NCBI GenBank assembly: GCA_964525635.1
Contig: CAZGJX010000022.1
Location: forward strand, 1 to 44,676
Source of the DNA: an uncultured archaeon
GTDB taxonomy: Archaea; Asgardarchaeota; Lokiarchaeia; Sigyniarchaeales; SOKP01
Reading direction: 5' to 3'
DNA length: 44,676 nucleotides
How positions within the stretch are numbered: position 1 is the first letter of the stretch; every line of letters begins with the position of its first letter. Made by a program: the position numbers and the translations under genes. Under the pieces are notes generated by a model. That model had not been told where the DNA came from. It was given only the letters and a program-made list of their open reading frames with translations, and searched no databases. Below are positions 28,368 through 38,576 of this stretch, piece after piece.

Positions 28368-28765
28368 AATTATTTCACTAAATAGGGATAATTTTAATAT
28401 TAATTAGTAAATTGAGTATATAATTTAATTTTTAGAAGATTTAATATAAAAAGTTATTGTTTTTATAGATTATAAAAAATCATATGGATTAAAAGAAAGT
28501 TAAAAGACCTAATTTTAATTTTCTTTTGTTTTTATGATTTTTGAAGATATTTCTTCATTTTCTGATAATAGATAAAAAATTATCAAAATATTATTTGATT
28601 TTACTAATTATGAAGATTTAAATAATCAAATTAAGATTTGAAATATAAATATTTATGATAATTTCAATTTCTTCTTACATAGTTAGGAAGTTTATTAAGT
28701 CTTAGATTTTACATCATATTGTTAAATAAATTTTTGTATCATTTGCTGATCGAAATTTCTTAATA

Positions 28766-29947
28766 TTATTCTCTACAATTTTTCAAGGGAGTCATAAAAC
28801 CTCCAGCAGTCCTATTAATTAACTTTTCCATTAATTTGCATTTCTTTATCTTGACTTTACTATTAAAGAGAAATGTACCCAATATTTTTCCTTCTTTATG
28901 TATTATTTTTAAAACTTCAGGCGTCACATCTTTAAAGAGATAATATTTAAACATATAAATTGGCTTTTTATTAATATCCCAAATACCAATAACTTTCCCA
29001 TTTAGTAATATTATGGATGTAGCATTACCAGATCGGTCAAAAATATAATTCTAATATTTCGAAGTGATATATCTCTCTCTATTTTTATAACCCATGATAT
29101 ATGGATCAAGAAGAGGTAAAAGATTTATTGTTAAATCTTCATTTTTATCACTCTCTTTTAATTTATCCTTATCTAATTTTGATATTAAAAACTCAAATGG
29201 TAATTGAGAAATCTTAATACTTTCAATTTCATTATCAAGATTAATAATTGCTAAAGAAATCTTTTTTTTACTTATACCAGACCACCAAGTTATATCATCA
29301 ATTGTAACTGGACCATAAGCGCTAATATATTTTTCAACAAGAAGGTTTATTGAATCCTGTTCACTATACATATCCATGTTTAATTTTGGAAAATAATCTT
29401 GAAAACGAGCATAATATAATCTCCGATCTTTCCATCCTTTAATTGACTTTCCACGGATTAAATAACATTCATCGCACATGATTCTAATGATTTCAGAAAT
29501 CCTTTCTTGAGAATTTAATTCTTTTTGAATTTCTTTAGTTGTCATTTCTTTATTTTCAAGTAGTTTTAAGAATTTTTTTATAATATCATCATAATCTGAT
29601 TTAGTAATATTGATGCTATCAAGGTATTTTGGAATATTTTTCATCCATAAATCTTTAGTTGCATTATAAACTATTGGCATAAGATATTTAGTTAATATGA
29701 ATAAAGTTTTACGCATTCCAAGAATTCTACCTAGAGTTTGCTTTTTATATAATTCATTATCTAAAGCATCCTTGTTAAATTGAGTCATTCTAATAAATAG
29801 CTGAATATATGGTTCAAGAGTCCCAGTAGCATGTAATCCACATAAATCATCTACTATTTCTATTATATTATCTGATTTAGAATCTTCAGTAAGATGTTGC
29901 TTTTTTAAAATTAATTGGTTAATTTCATCCTTTGTATATATTTGCAT
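28766..29947 (-). pseudogene. AlkZ/YcaQ-like (HTH_42) DNA glycosylase interrupted by one in-frame TAG at 29051-29053
   Basis: LCGLHAT, MRKTLF, YGPVTIDDITWWSG, LLPLLDPY.MGYKNRER, then in frame after the TAG: FDRSGN..IILLNGKVIGIW, continuing into ORF 28766..28954. Confidence 0.75.
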
Positions 29948-30104
29948 TTTTAATTATCAATCTTTTATCAAAAATAAGTTATCTTTTAGGTGTCATTATA
30001 AATCTATACCTTTTAATAATATTCATAAAATAAAATAAAAAGTGGTTGTAATAATTTATAAAATAAGTAAAAGATAAAAAAATCAATAATCCTTAATATT
30101 TAAT

Positions 30105-30485
30105 ATGGATGATATAAAAAAAATTGTTGACGAATTAGGAATCACAGCGTTTGAATCTAATATTAAAATAGCGAGCATCGCCGTTGTATCTGATTCGGGA
30201 GAATTAATTTATCAGACAGATAATTGGGATCTAGAAAAACATACTAATATTATATTGAATGTCATTAATGGAGATAATTCATTTGTTCTTAATAATATGG
30301 AATTTTCGGTTGTTGAGTCTAATATTAAAGGAAAAATTGCAACCACTCATAATAATATGGGTCATATATTATTCGCTCTTTTTCAAGGAGGTGTCCTGGT
30401 ATCATACATGTTGCCAAAAGGAGATACATATCCCGCATTATCTTTACTTATAAAATTTGCAGAAAAACTAAATGGGAAGTTATAA
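30105..30485 (+). CDS. Asgard profilin-like protein
   Basis: IAVVSDSGELIYQTDNWDL...F.VVE...KIAT....GHI..., matching the recalled Loki profilin pattern (QTENWDL, GHI). Confidence 0.75.
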   Translation: MDDIKKIVDELGITAFESNIKIASIAVVSDSGELIYQTDNWDLEKHTNIILNVINGDNSFVLNNMEFSVVESNIKGKIATTHNNMGHILFALFQGGVLVSYMLPKGDTYPALSLLIKFAEKLNGKL

Positions 30486-30636
30486 TTGAAAATCATTTAA
30501 AATATCAAATACAAGTGAAATTTAAGAATAGAATTATCACATAAAATAATATAAAAAAAATATTAGAAAAATCATAACATTAATCAATATTCTCTAAAAA
30601 AAGAAATGATATTATCAAAATTTTTTTGATTAATAT

Positions 30637-32670
30637 ATGTCTAGAATTAAAATAAAAAAAGGAATTAACGAAAAAGAAATAGATGAATTTATCAAAGAGA
30701 TTGTCCCCCAGTTAACCCTTAAAGAAAAAGTATATATGATGTCTGGACATGATTTTTATAAAATAATTATAAAAGACCGAGCAGTTGGTACCAAACCTTA
30801 TCTTGGCGGGGGAGTTCCACGATTTAATATCCCCCCATTTTTATTCACCGATGGTCCTAGAGGTGTAATAATGCCTAAGTCTACTTGTTTCCCAGTATCT
30901 ATGGCGCGTGCTGCTACATGGGATACTCAATTGGAAGAGCAAGTAGGAGAAGTAATGGGTAAGGAGGCTAGGGCTCATGGAGCCAACTTATTTGGCGGGG
31001 TTTGTATTAATTTACTTCGACATCCTGCTTGGGGTAGAGCTCAGGAGACATATGGAGAAGACCCTTATATCTTAGGGGAGATGGGGGCTGCATTAATTCG
31101 TGGTGTACAAAAGCATAACATAATGGCTACAATAAAACATTTTGCAGTAAACAGTATTGAGTTTTCACGTTTTAAAGTTAATATTCTAATTAATGAGCGA
31201 ACCTTACGAGAAGTATATTTACCACACTTCAAACGTTGCATATCTGAAGGTTGTGCCACAGTAATGACAGCGTATAATAAAGTACGTGGTGAGTATTGTG
31301 GGCAAAATTTTTACTTATTAAGGAAAATTCTGAAGGGTGATTGGAAATTTCAAGGTTTTATACATTCAGATTGGATGCATGGGCTTTATAATTGTGTGAA
31401 GGGTATTAATGCTGGATTGGATGTTGAAATGCCAAGAGCAAAATATTATGGACGAAGATTAATAAGAGCCACTAAAAAAAGATTAGTCTCTCCTGATTTA
31501 ATTGATGATTCTGTGATAAGAATTATCCGAACCACATTAAAATTTACATGTCGGGAAGATATTCAAACTTATGATAAAAATATTATTGGAAGTGAGAACC
31601 ACGTAAATTTATCACGAAAAGTTGCTGAAAAAAGTATGGTCTTACTTAAAAATGAAGGAAATATCCTTCCTTTAGACATTAAAAAGATTAAAAAAATAGC
31701 AGTTTTTGGACACTTGGCAAATTTAAAAAATACAGGTGATCATGGGAGTAGTCATGTAAAACAACCTAATGTCATAACCCCACTTCAAGGGATAAAAAAT
31801 TATGTAGGAAATGCTGTTGAAATTTTTCAAAGTAATAAAATAAAGTCAGCAATTAAAATTGCTAAAAAAGTTGATACGATTATTATAGTTAATGGATATA
31901 CATATAAAGATGAAGGTGAATATATTAAACAAAAAATCAGAAAAATAGGAGATCGCTTAAAACTTGGACTCAGACCAAAAGATGTTCAATTTATTAAAAC
32001 TATATCACGGACAAATCCCAATTGTATCGTCGTTTTAGTTGGAGGAAGTGCAATAATAATGGACGAATGGAAATCTACAGTTCCCGCCATTTTAATGATG
32101 TGGTATTCTGGAATGGAGGGGGGAAATGCTTTAGCTAATATTCTCTTTGGAAAAATAAATCCAAGTGGGAAATTACCTTTCACCATTCCTAAAAGTGCTT
32201 TAGATTTACCCTATTTTGATGCTTATGCTGATGAAATTGAATATGGATATTATCATGGTTATACCAAATTTGAAAAGCAAAATATAAAACCTGCTTTTCC
32301 TTTTGGTTTTGGTTTGAGTTATACAGAATATGGATATAAAAATCTTAAAATAAATATAATAAATGAAAAAATATTAGTGAATGTTGAAGTAAAAAATAAA
32401 GGAAATAGAACTGGAGAAGAAATCGTTCAAGTATATATAGGATTTGACAATTCTAAAATTGAACGTCCCATAAAGCTTTTAAAAGGATTTAATAAGATTA
32501 AATTAGAACCTAATGAAATGAAGAAAGTTCAAATAGAAATAAAGAAGGAAGATTTAGCTTGGTATAATCCAAAATCTAAATCTTGGGAAATTGAAAATAT
32601 AGAATATTTAATTTATGTTGGTTCATCTTCCAGATTTGAGGATCTTTTGAAAACAAGTATAAAAATCTAA
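30637..32670 (+). CDS. Glycoside hydrolase family 3 beta-glucosidase (cytoplasmic, FnIII C-terminus)
   Basis: DGPRG, GRAQETYGEDP, KHF, SDW nucleophile, PFGFGLSYT. Confidence 0.93.
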   Translation: MSRIKIKKGINEKEIDEFIKEIVPQLTLKEKVYMMSGHDFYKIIIKDRAVGTKPYLGGGVPRFNIPPFLFTDGPRGVIMPKSTCFPVSMARAATWDTQLEEQVGEVMGKEARAHGANLFGGVCINLLRHPAWGRAQETYGEDPYILGEMGAALIRGVQKHNIMATIKHFAVNSIEFSRFKVNILINERTLREVYLPHFKRCISEGCATVMTAYNKVRGEYCGQNFYLLRKILKGDWKFQGFIHSDWMHGLYNCVKGINAGLDVEMPRAKYYGRRLIRATKKRLVSPDLIDDSVIRIIRTTLKFTCREDIQTYDKNIIGSENHVNLSRKVAEKSMVLLKNEGNILPLDIKKIKKIAVFGHLANLKNTGDHGSSHVKQPNVITPLQGIKNYVGNAVEIFQSNKIKSAIKIAKKVDTIIIVNGYTYKDEGEYIKQKIRKIGDRLKLGLRPKDVQFIKTISRTNPNCIVVLVGGSAIIMDEWKSTVPAILMMWYSGMEGGNALANILFGKINPSGKLPFTIPKSALDLPYFDAYADEIEYGYYHGYTKFEKQNIKPAFPFGFGLSYTEYGYKNLKINIINEKILVNVEVKNKGNRTGEEIVQVYIGFDNSKIERPIKLLKGFNKIKLEPNEMKKVQIEIKKEDLAWYNPKSKSWEIENIEYLIYVGSSSRFEDLLKTSIKI

Positions 32671-32674
32671 AATC

Positions 32675-34330
32675 TTAGTTATCAGTGATTTTAATCAAAG
32701 AATCCATATATCCTTCTGGTTTCTCAAAACCAAGGAGGTTAAGTATTGTTGCAGCAACATTCCCCACTCCAGGATCTTTAATATCATTATTTAATTCATA
32801 TTCTCCATTATACTGAGAATCTATAATGCTAAACATAACTGGATTGCATGTATGCGAAGTGACCCAATCTGGACTCATATCCTCGAGATTACCATGGTCT
32901 GCCGTAACGATAGTTATTCCATTCTTTTCATTCACTACATCTGCTATCTCTTTCACACAAGCATCAACAGTTTCAGCAGCAGTTATTGCAGAAATTTGAT
33001 TCCCCGTATGCCCTACCATGTCACCGTTCGCAAAATTAACCCGAATGAACTTATATTCATTAGAATTAATTGCTTTTATAACTTCTTCCTTTACTTCGTA
33101 TGCTTTCATCTTAGGATTGTCTTTAATCATTTCAGATGGATCAGATTTAATTTCAACATATTTTTCAAAATTAGAATTTATGTATCCTTCTCTGTTTCCA
33201 TTGAAGAAATAAGTAACATGACCATATTTATGGGTCTCTGCTATGGCGAATTGCTTTATCTGTTCATTACATAAGTAGAAAGTGAATGGATCTTTAATAA
33301 ATGGAGGATTAATAAAAAATTGCTTTGGAATTTTTTTTTTTTCATCATATTGAAGCAGTCCATAGTAGAGAACATTTGGATTGCATTTTTTTTCAAAATC
33401 ATTAAATTCAGTACCCTCATCAAATGCTCTTGAGATTTGTATTGCTCTATCCCCTCTAAAATTAAAATATATGACACCATCTCCGTCTTCCATCTTTCCG
33501 ACAGGGTTGTTATTTTCATCTATAATAACAAATGAGGGGAGATATTGATCTGAAAGTTCAGGATCCAATGCTCTAGCTTGAATTATTGCTTCTTTTGCAG
33601 ATTTAAAAAATCCATTATATCCAGAATATTGCTCTGGAATTGCACATACATGTGCCTCCCATCCCCTTTTTACAACATTCCAATCTGAATTATATCTATC
33701 CATAGTAACTCGCATCCTTCCACCTCCGGATGCTATGCAATAATCAAAATCCCCAGAATCGTTTATTCTTTTTATTTCTTCCTCAACTTTTTCAATATAT
33801 TCTAATGCAGACTTAGGTGGTACGTCTCTACCATCTAAAAGAGGATGAATTCTTACTTTTTTAATTCCAGATTCTCTTGCTCCCCATAATATACCAATTA
33901 AATGAGAAATATGGCTGTGTACATATCCATCAGATAACAATCCAATAAGGTGAAGTTTTTTATTATTTTGATTAATAATTTCAGTGAATGTTTCCCATTT
34001 TTCACTTCTAAATAAATCTTTTGATTCTATTGCTTCTTTAGCTATTGTGGCTCTTTGTTTAGGAACCCTTCCTGCTCCAAAAGCATTGTGCCCTACTTCA
34101 CTATTGCCCATTTCATTATCTGTTGGTAAACCAACTGCTGTACCATGTGCTTTTATTTCAAGATATAATTTTTTCTCTGATTGTAATTTGTCTAAAAAAG
34201 GAGTTTTTGCTAAATAAAAAGCATTAGTATCATTTTTTTCTCCAATTCCTATTCCATCCATTATGATGAGAACTAAAGGACCTTCTCTTCCCGAGAAAGA
34301 TTTTAATTTTTTAAGATTATAATTTTCCAT
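32675..34330 (-). CDS. gpmI: 2,3-bisphosphoglycerate-independent phosphoglycerate mutase
   Basis: MDG.G, MGNSEVGH, NFRGDR, NGDMVGHTG, TADHGN motifs. Confidence 0.95.
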   Translation of the reverse strand: MENYNLKKLKSFSGREGPLVLIIMDGIGIGEKNDTNAFYLAKTPFLDKLQSEKKLYLEIKAHGTAVGLPTDNEMGNSEVGHNAFGAGRVPKQRATIAKEAIESKDLFRSEKWETFTEIINQNNKKLHLIGLLSDGYVHSHISHLIGILWGARESGIKKVRIHPLLDGRDVPPKSALEYIEKVEEEIKRINDSGDFDYCIASGGGRMRVTMDRYNSDWNVVKRGWEAHVCAIPEQYSGYNGFFKSAKEAIIQARALDPELSDQYLPSFVIIDENNNPVGKMEDGDGVIYFNFRGDRAIQISRAFDEGTEFNDFEKKCNPNVLYYGLLQYDEKKKIPKQFFINPPFIKDPFTFYLCNEQIKQFAIAETHKYGHVTYFFNGNREGYINSNFEKYVEIKSDPSEMIKDNPKMKAYEVKEEVIKAINSNEYKFIRVNFANGDMVGHTGNQISAITAAETVDACVKEIADVVNEKNGITIVTADHGNLEDMSPDWVTSHTCNPVMFSIIDSQYNGEYELNNDIKDPGVGNVAATILNLLGFEKPEGYMDSLIKITDN

Positions 34331-34435
34331 TTAAATAACAATTTGAATTTATAATTGGTAATAAAACGTAATATATAAACAAATTATCAGTACAATTTAG
34401 ATTTATTGAATATAAAAAATAGACTTTCAATTCAA

Positions 34436-34511
34436 AATCTTTAAATTATTAATTATCTTAATTAATAAGAGAAGTTTCCAAAAGAAATTTCTTTGATAAA
34501 AAACCCTAAAT
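34436..34511 (+). repeat. Imperfect direct repeat, copy 1 (about 75 bp)
   Basis: AATCTTTAAATT...CTTAATTAATAAG...TTTCCAAAAGAAATTTCTTT.ATAAAAAACCCT.AAT, repeated at 36095-36169. Confidence 0.8.
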
Positions 34512-34568
34512 TTCTTACATAAATTTCAATTAATTTTAATTATTGAAGTTTTTTATTAGGTGAGATAA

Positions 34569-36035
34569 ATGAAAAATAGCACAATAAAAAGTATACTTAA
34601 CCATAAAAAATCTATTTTTATTATTTTTCTTTTCTTAATAGTAACCATCAATTCAATACCACTTATTCAAAGTCAAGAACCTATAGATGAGGAAATAATC
34701 ACAATATTTGGTAGAGTAGTTTATGTTGATTTAGAAGGAGGATTCTATGGTATTCTTTCCAATCTGGATGAACAATATGATCCGATCAATTTGCCAATAG
34801 AATACCAACAAAATGGAATACCTGTTTATGTTGTTGCAAGAATTCGAGATGATCTAGGCTCTATTCATATGTGGGGCATAATTATTGAAATCTTGCAGAT
34901 TAATGAATCCATATTAGTAGAAGATTCACGAGAAATAGGAGATCTGAATGATGATGGCAATATTAATATAATTGATGCATTATTATTAGCTCATAATTAT
35001 GTAGAACCATTACAATCTGTGGATATAAGATTTGGAGATGTAAATTTAGATGGAAATGTTGATATCGTAGACGCATTATTGATTGCTCAAAAATATGTAG
35101 GGCTTATAACAGAATTACCTAGTCATTTTATACCTTTGATAAAAGGTAATTGGTCGTTAAGACATTTTGATTGGCAAGGTAATTTAGTAGATGAGGAATA
35201 TGTTACTATTGAAAGAATTGGAAATGAAGTTACAATCTTTTCAGATACTTACAATGAATTATTAGGTACTGGAAAGATAATTAAAAATAATTTAGATCCA
35301 CCCTATAATGATAAATCAGAATATCTTATTCAAGGAATAGATTTTAGAGGACTTGCAATTGATAAAATCTTTATTGACGACAATTCTCATATGGAGACAG
35401 AATTACCTCTTGCAGAATCATTTAATCCATCTGTTTTTTCGCGAATTGTAACCATATTAGGAGAATATCAGCTTATTCCAAATCCATCAACAACAGATCC
35501 ACCTCTTCCTGGCATGGTTTATGGATTAATTTCGGACAAAGATTATATTCTTACTAGTGGAGGATATTGGGTATGGTCAGATGAGGAACCTCGTTGGCCA
35601 GGATATATACCAAACTTAGGAGAAACTGTTGAGATTACAGGATATACTTCAATTAAAACTGATATAAATAGTGCATCATATTATGAATTAGAAGTTCTTA
35701 AGATAAAATCTGTTTCATCTACCCTTACATTAACCATAATGGATAATGATACCCTGCAAGAAGTAGACTTAGGAACATATGTGAGAATATCATTGGAAGA
35801 AAATCCATCTACAGGATATAGGTGGCAATATACAATTCAGGAAGGTACTATGGAAATAGTTACAGATGATTATATCCCTCCTGAAGACCCTATCCCTGGC
35901 GCCGGTGGAATACGAGTCATCACTCTAAAAATGATTTCAGTAGGAGATTTCTCTTTTTTAATGAATTATATACGTGATTGGGAGGAAGAACCTATTAGCC
36001 AGTTTATAATCGATTTTTCTGTGAAAATTCCATAA
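34569..36035 (+). CDS. Secreted/surface protein with a dockerin domain and a C-terminal chagasin (I42) protease-inhibitor domain
   Basis: N-terminal signal/TM; duplicated GD(L/V)NxDGx(I/V)xI(I/V)DALLxA; LEENPSTGYRW...GAGG...YIRDWE. Confidence 0.8.
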   Translation: MKNSTIKSILNHKKSIFIIFLFLIVTINSIPLIQSQEPIDEEIITIFGRVVYVDLEGGFYGILSNLDEQYDPINLPIEYQQNGIPVYVVARIRDDLGSIHMWGIIIEILQINESILVEDSREIGDLNDDGNINIIDALLLAHNYVEPLQSVDIRFGDVNLDGNVDIVDALLIAQKYVGLITELPSHFIPLIKGNWSLRHFDWQGNLVDEEYVTIERIGNEVTIFSDTYNELLGTGKIIKNNLDPPYNDKSEYLIQGIDFRGLAIDKIFIDDNSHMETELPLAESFNPSVFSRIVTILGEYQLIPNPSTTDPPLPGMVYGLISDKDYILTSGGYWVWSDEEPRWPGYIPNLGETVEITGYTSIKTDINSASYYELEVLKIKSVSSTLTLTIMDNDTLQEVDLGTYVRISLEENPSTGYRWQYTIQEGTMEIVTDDYIPPEDPIPGAGGIRVITLKMISVGDFSFLMNYIRDWEEEPISQFIIDFSVKIP

Positions 36036-36094
36036 AATTAGAAAGGATTTTATCATATCAAAAAATAACCTTCTTTTTTTTTTAATTCTATAAC

Positions 36095-36169
36095 AATCTT
36101 TAAATTTTAATTTTTCTTAATTAATAAGGAAATTTCCAAAAGAAATTTCTTTAATAAAAAACCCTCAAT
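36095..36169 (+). repeat. Imperfect direct repeat, copy 2
   Basis: Near-identical to 34436-34511. Confidence 0.8.
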
Positions 36170-36327
36170 GTAGTAAATCCTAAGGTATCTAATATATTCA
36201 TTAATCCTATCCAATCTTCATCAGGCATCAGTAATCCAAGAGTTAAAAATAATGTAAAGAAAAAATTTATTAAAACTATAATCTATGCAAAAATTGAAAT
36301 CATATTGAATTTAGAATTTAATCTCAT
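36151..36327 (-). pseudogene. Truncated membrane-protein gene with an internal TAG (36283-36285)
   Basis: SD-like GAGGTTG, then MRLNSKFNMISIFA*IIVLINFFFTLFLTLGLLMPDEDWIG..., ending inside repeat copy 2. Confidence 0.4.
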
Positions 36328-36463
36328 TTTTCAACCTCAAAGTTAGTGTTTTATAATGTTTTATTAGTATAATTTTTATATTATAATTATTAAATTCCAA
36401 TATTAAATTCTATTATTAAACATAAAATAAATGGAAAATATTTCTATTATTCCTATATATTTA

Positions 36464-37552
36464 TTAAAAGGATTTTAATTTAGAAGTAGTAATATAGGCA
36501 GAATCTCCTATTGTAATATTCTTTTTTATGAGATCCTCTAAAATAGAATAATCTCCAATTATACTATCAGATGATATTATTTTTTTAAGATGAGCACCAT
36601 CCCCAATTACAGATTCAAATAATATACATTTCTCTAATGTAACATCATCACCAATAGATACATTTGGACCAATTATAGAATTACTGATTTTAACATTGTT
36701 TCCAATAAAAACAGGAGGAATAATTTTAGAATCCTCAATGATACCTAATCCTGTAGCATCCTCATAGAGTGGATCTTTTATTTTAATGTCAGCTAATAGG
36801 AAACGATTTCCTTCCAATAAACTATCAAACCTTCCAAAATCTAAGATTTCACTATTCATTTCATTAATTTTAATTTTTTTTCCTTCATTAATTAATTCTT
36901 GGATGATTGAGGTTAATTGATGTTCTTCTCCATTTTTTAATTTTATTTTGCTCTGCTTTTCAAGTAGTTCAAATAACCTAGGTATAATTCTTTTTCCAAA
37001 TAAATATGCTCCAGAGACAGCATAATCTGAAAAATATGCTCTTGGTTTTTCAACTATCTCTTTTATAAATCCTTCTTTATTTATTTTTAATACACCATAA
37101 AATTGTGGATTTTCAACTTTTCTAACATTGATAATACCATCGCAATCCTGTTGATGATAAGATAAAAGCATTGAGGTGTAGTCCTCCATTGGCAACCTAT
37201 CACTTAGAAAAATGAACATATCATCATTTTTTATAAATTCCTTTGCTATTAGGATAGCGTCGCCTAAACCTGAGAAATATGGTGTATCTAATTCATATCC
37301 TATTGGTTTCTGTTCTCTAAATTGAAGATTAAAATAATCAGAATAGTTTTTAATTAGATAATCAGATATATTTTTTTTTTTATAACCAATAATAAATAAA
37401 ATGTTAGTGCCTTTTGGGAAAGTCTTTTTTATTTTTATAAGAATATGGTCAATTAATCTTTTTCCTGCTATTTTTAAAAATGCTTTAGGTTTAGAATAAG
37501 TGATTGGTTGTAATTTTTTTCCTACTCCTGCTATTGGACAGACAATCCACAT
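36464..37552 (-). CDS. Sugar-phosphate nucleotidyltransferase with C-terminal hexapeptide repeats
   Basis: PIAGVGKKLQPITYSKPK, GLGDAI, IVEKP; left-handed beta-helix tail. Confidence 0.88.
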   Translation of the reverse strand: MWIVCPIAGVGKKLQPITYSKPKAFLKIAGKRLIDHILIKIKKTFPKGTNILFIIGYKKKNISDYLIKNYSDYFNLQFREQKPIGYELDTPYFSGLGDAILIAKEFIKNDDMFIFLSDRLPMEDYTSMLLSYHQQDCDGIINVRKVENPQFYGVLKINKEGFIKEIVEKPRAYFSDYAVSGAYLFGKRIIPRLFELLEKQSKIKLKNGEEHQLTSIIQELINEGKKIKINEMNSEILDFGRFDSLLEGNRFLLADIKIKDPLYEDATGLGIIEDSKIIPPVFIGNNVKISNSIIGPNVSIGDDVTLEKCILFESVIGDGAHLKKIISSDSIIGDYSILEDLIKKNITIGDSAYITTSKLKSF

Positions 37553-37571
37553 TTTCTTTTTTTATCTAATA

Positions 37572-38099
37572 TTATAATTCTAATATAGTTTTCAAGATTT
37601 CATAATACTTTAATTCTTTTAATCTTTCTTGAATAGTTTTTTTAAATTTACTTAAATAGTATTTATCAGAGCGAGTTATTTCATACCCATGAACCTTCTT
37701 GTTAATTATTATCCTAATTTTTTCATCTAAGAAGTCTAATGGAATTTTTCTAAAAGCATTAATCTTTTCTTGTTTTTTATCTTTAGAGGTATTTTTTAAT
37801 TCTTCTTCTTTGATTTTAACTTGTTTAATTCGATATAGATTTGAAATCCATACTTCAATTTTTTCCTTATCTCCTTTAAGATATTTTCTATTATTTAACC
37901 AATCTTTAAATTCTATAATATTATCTAAAAAATCATCAGTTTCATCAGAATCTTTTTCATTTTCTATTTTTACTATTTTCTTTATACTTTTTTCTTTAAG
38001 TTCTTTTTTTTGTTCTTGAGATAAGCTTTTATAAATTTTATTTCTTTTCTTTTCCGTTTCTACCCATTTTGAGTCTTCTAACCATTTATCTATTGACAT
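37572..38099 (-). CDS. Hypothetical Lys/Glu-rich protein
   Basis: 175-aa ORF, operon-like spacing with the nucleotidyltransferase. Confidence 0.7.
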   Translation of the reverse strand: MSIDKWLEDSKWVETEKKRNKIYKSLSQEQKKELKEKSIKKIVKIENEKDSDETDDFLDNIIEFKDWLNNRKYLKGDKEKIEVWISNLYRIKQVKIKEEELKNTSKDKKQEKINAFRKIPLDFLDEKIRIIINKKVHGYEITRSDKYYLSKFKKTIQERLKELKYYEILKTILEL

Positions 38100-38222
38100 T
38101 TTAATATATTTTGGATGATATTATTATTTTATTTAGTATAGTTAGTTCATTATTAAGGATTAAATCTTTTATAATGATATTATAAATTATATCATCAATT
38201 TTGAACAAATAAATCAGAATAA

Positions 38223-38326
38223 TAGCCCAAGGGGGATATATTCTAATGAAAAGAACTTTTTCAAAAATTGAACCCCCGATATCTGGCTCCGCAAGCCAGC
38301 GCCCTATCCAGCTAGACTATTGGGCT
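38223..38326 (-). tRNA. tRNA-Arg(GCG) with a 30-nt T-loop intron (38238-38267)
   Basis: Acceptor AGCCCAA/TTGGGCT, anticodon arm CTGGC-TTGCGGA-GCCAG; BHB helix GTTC/GAAT with bulges AA^T and AT^A; splicing restores GGGGG TTCAAAT CCCCC. Confidence 0.92.
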
Positions 38327-38576
38327 AAAATATCTGTTAATAATAAATAAAAGATAATTGCTAAAATATTTTATTCTTCCACTTTCAAGTATATAATAAA
38401 AATAATAATTACTACAACTAAAATAATAATTAACTTATGCTCTTTACAAATGATAAAAACTAAGATTATTAAGTTTAAAGAATTTAATAAAAAAAAAAGA
38501 AATATGAATATTTAGGAACTTAGATTATGATTTTGATGAAAAAAATTAAATCATATAATTATTTATAATAATTGCT

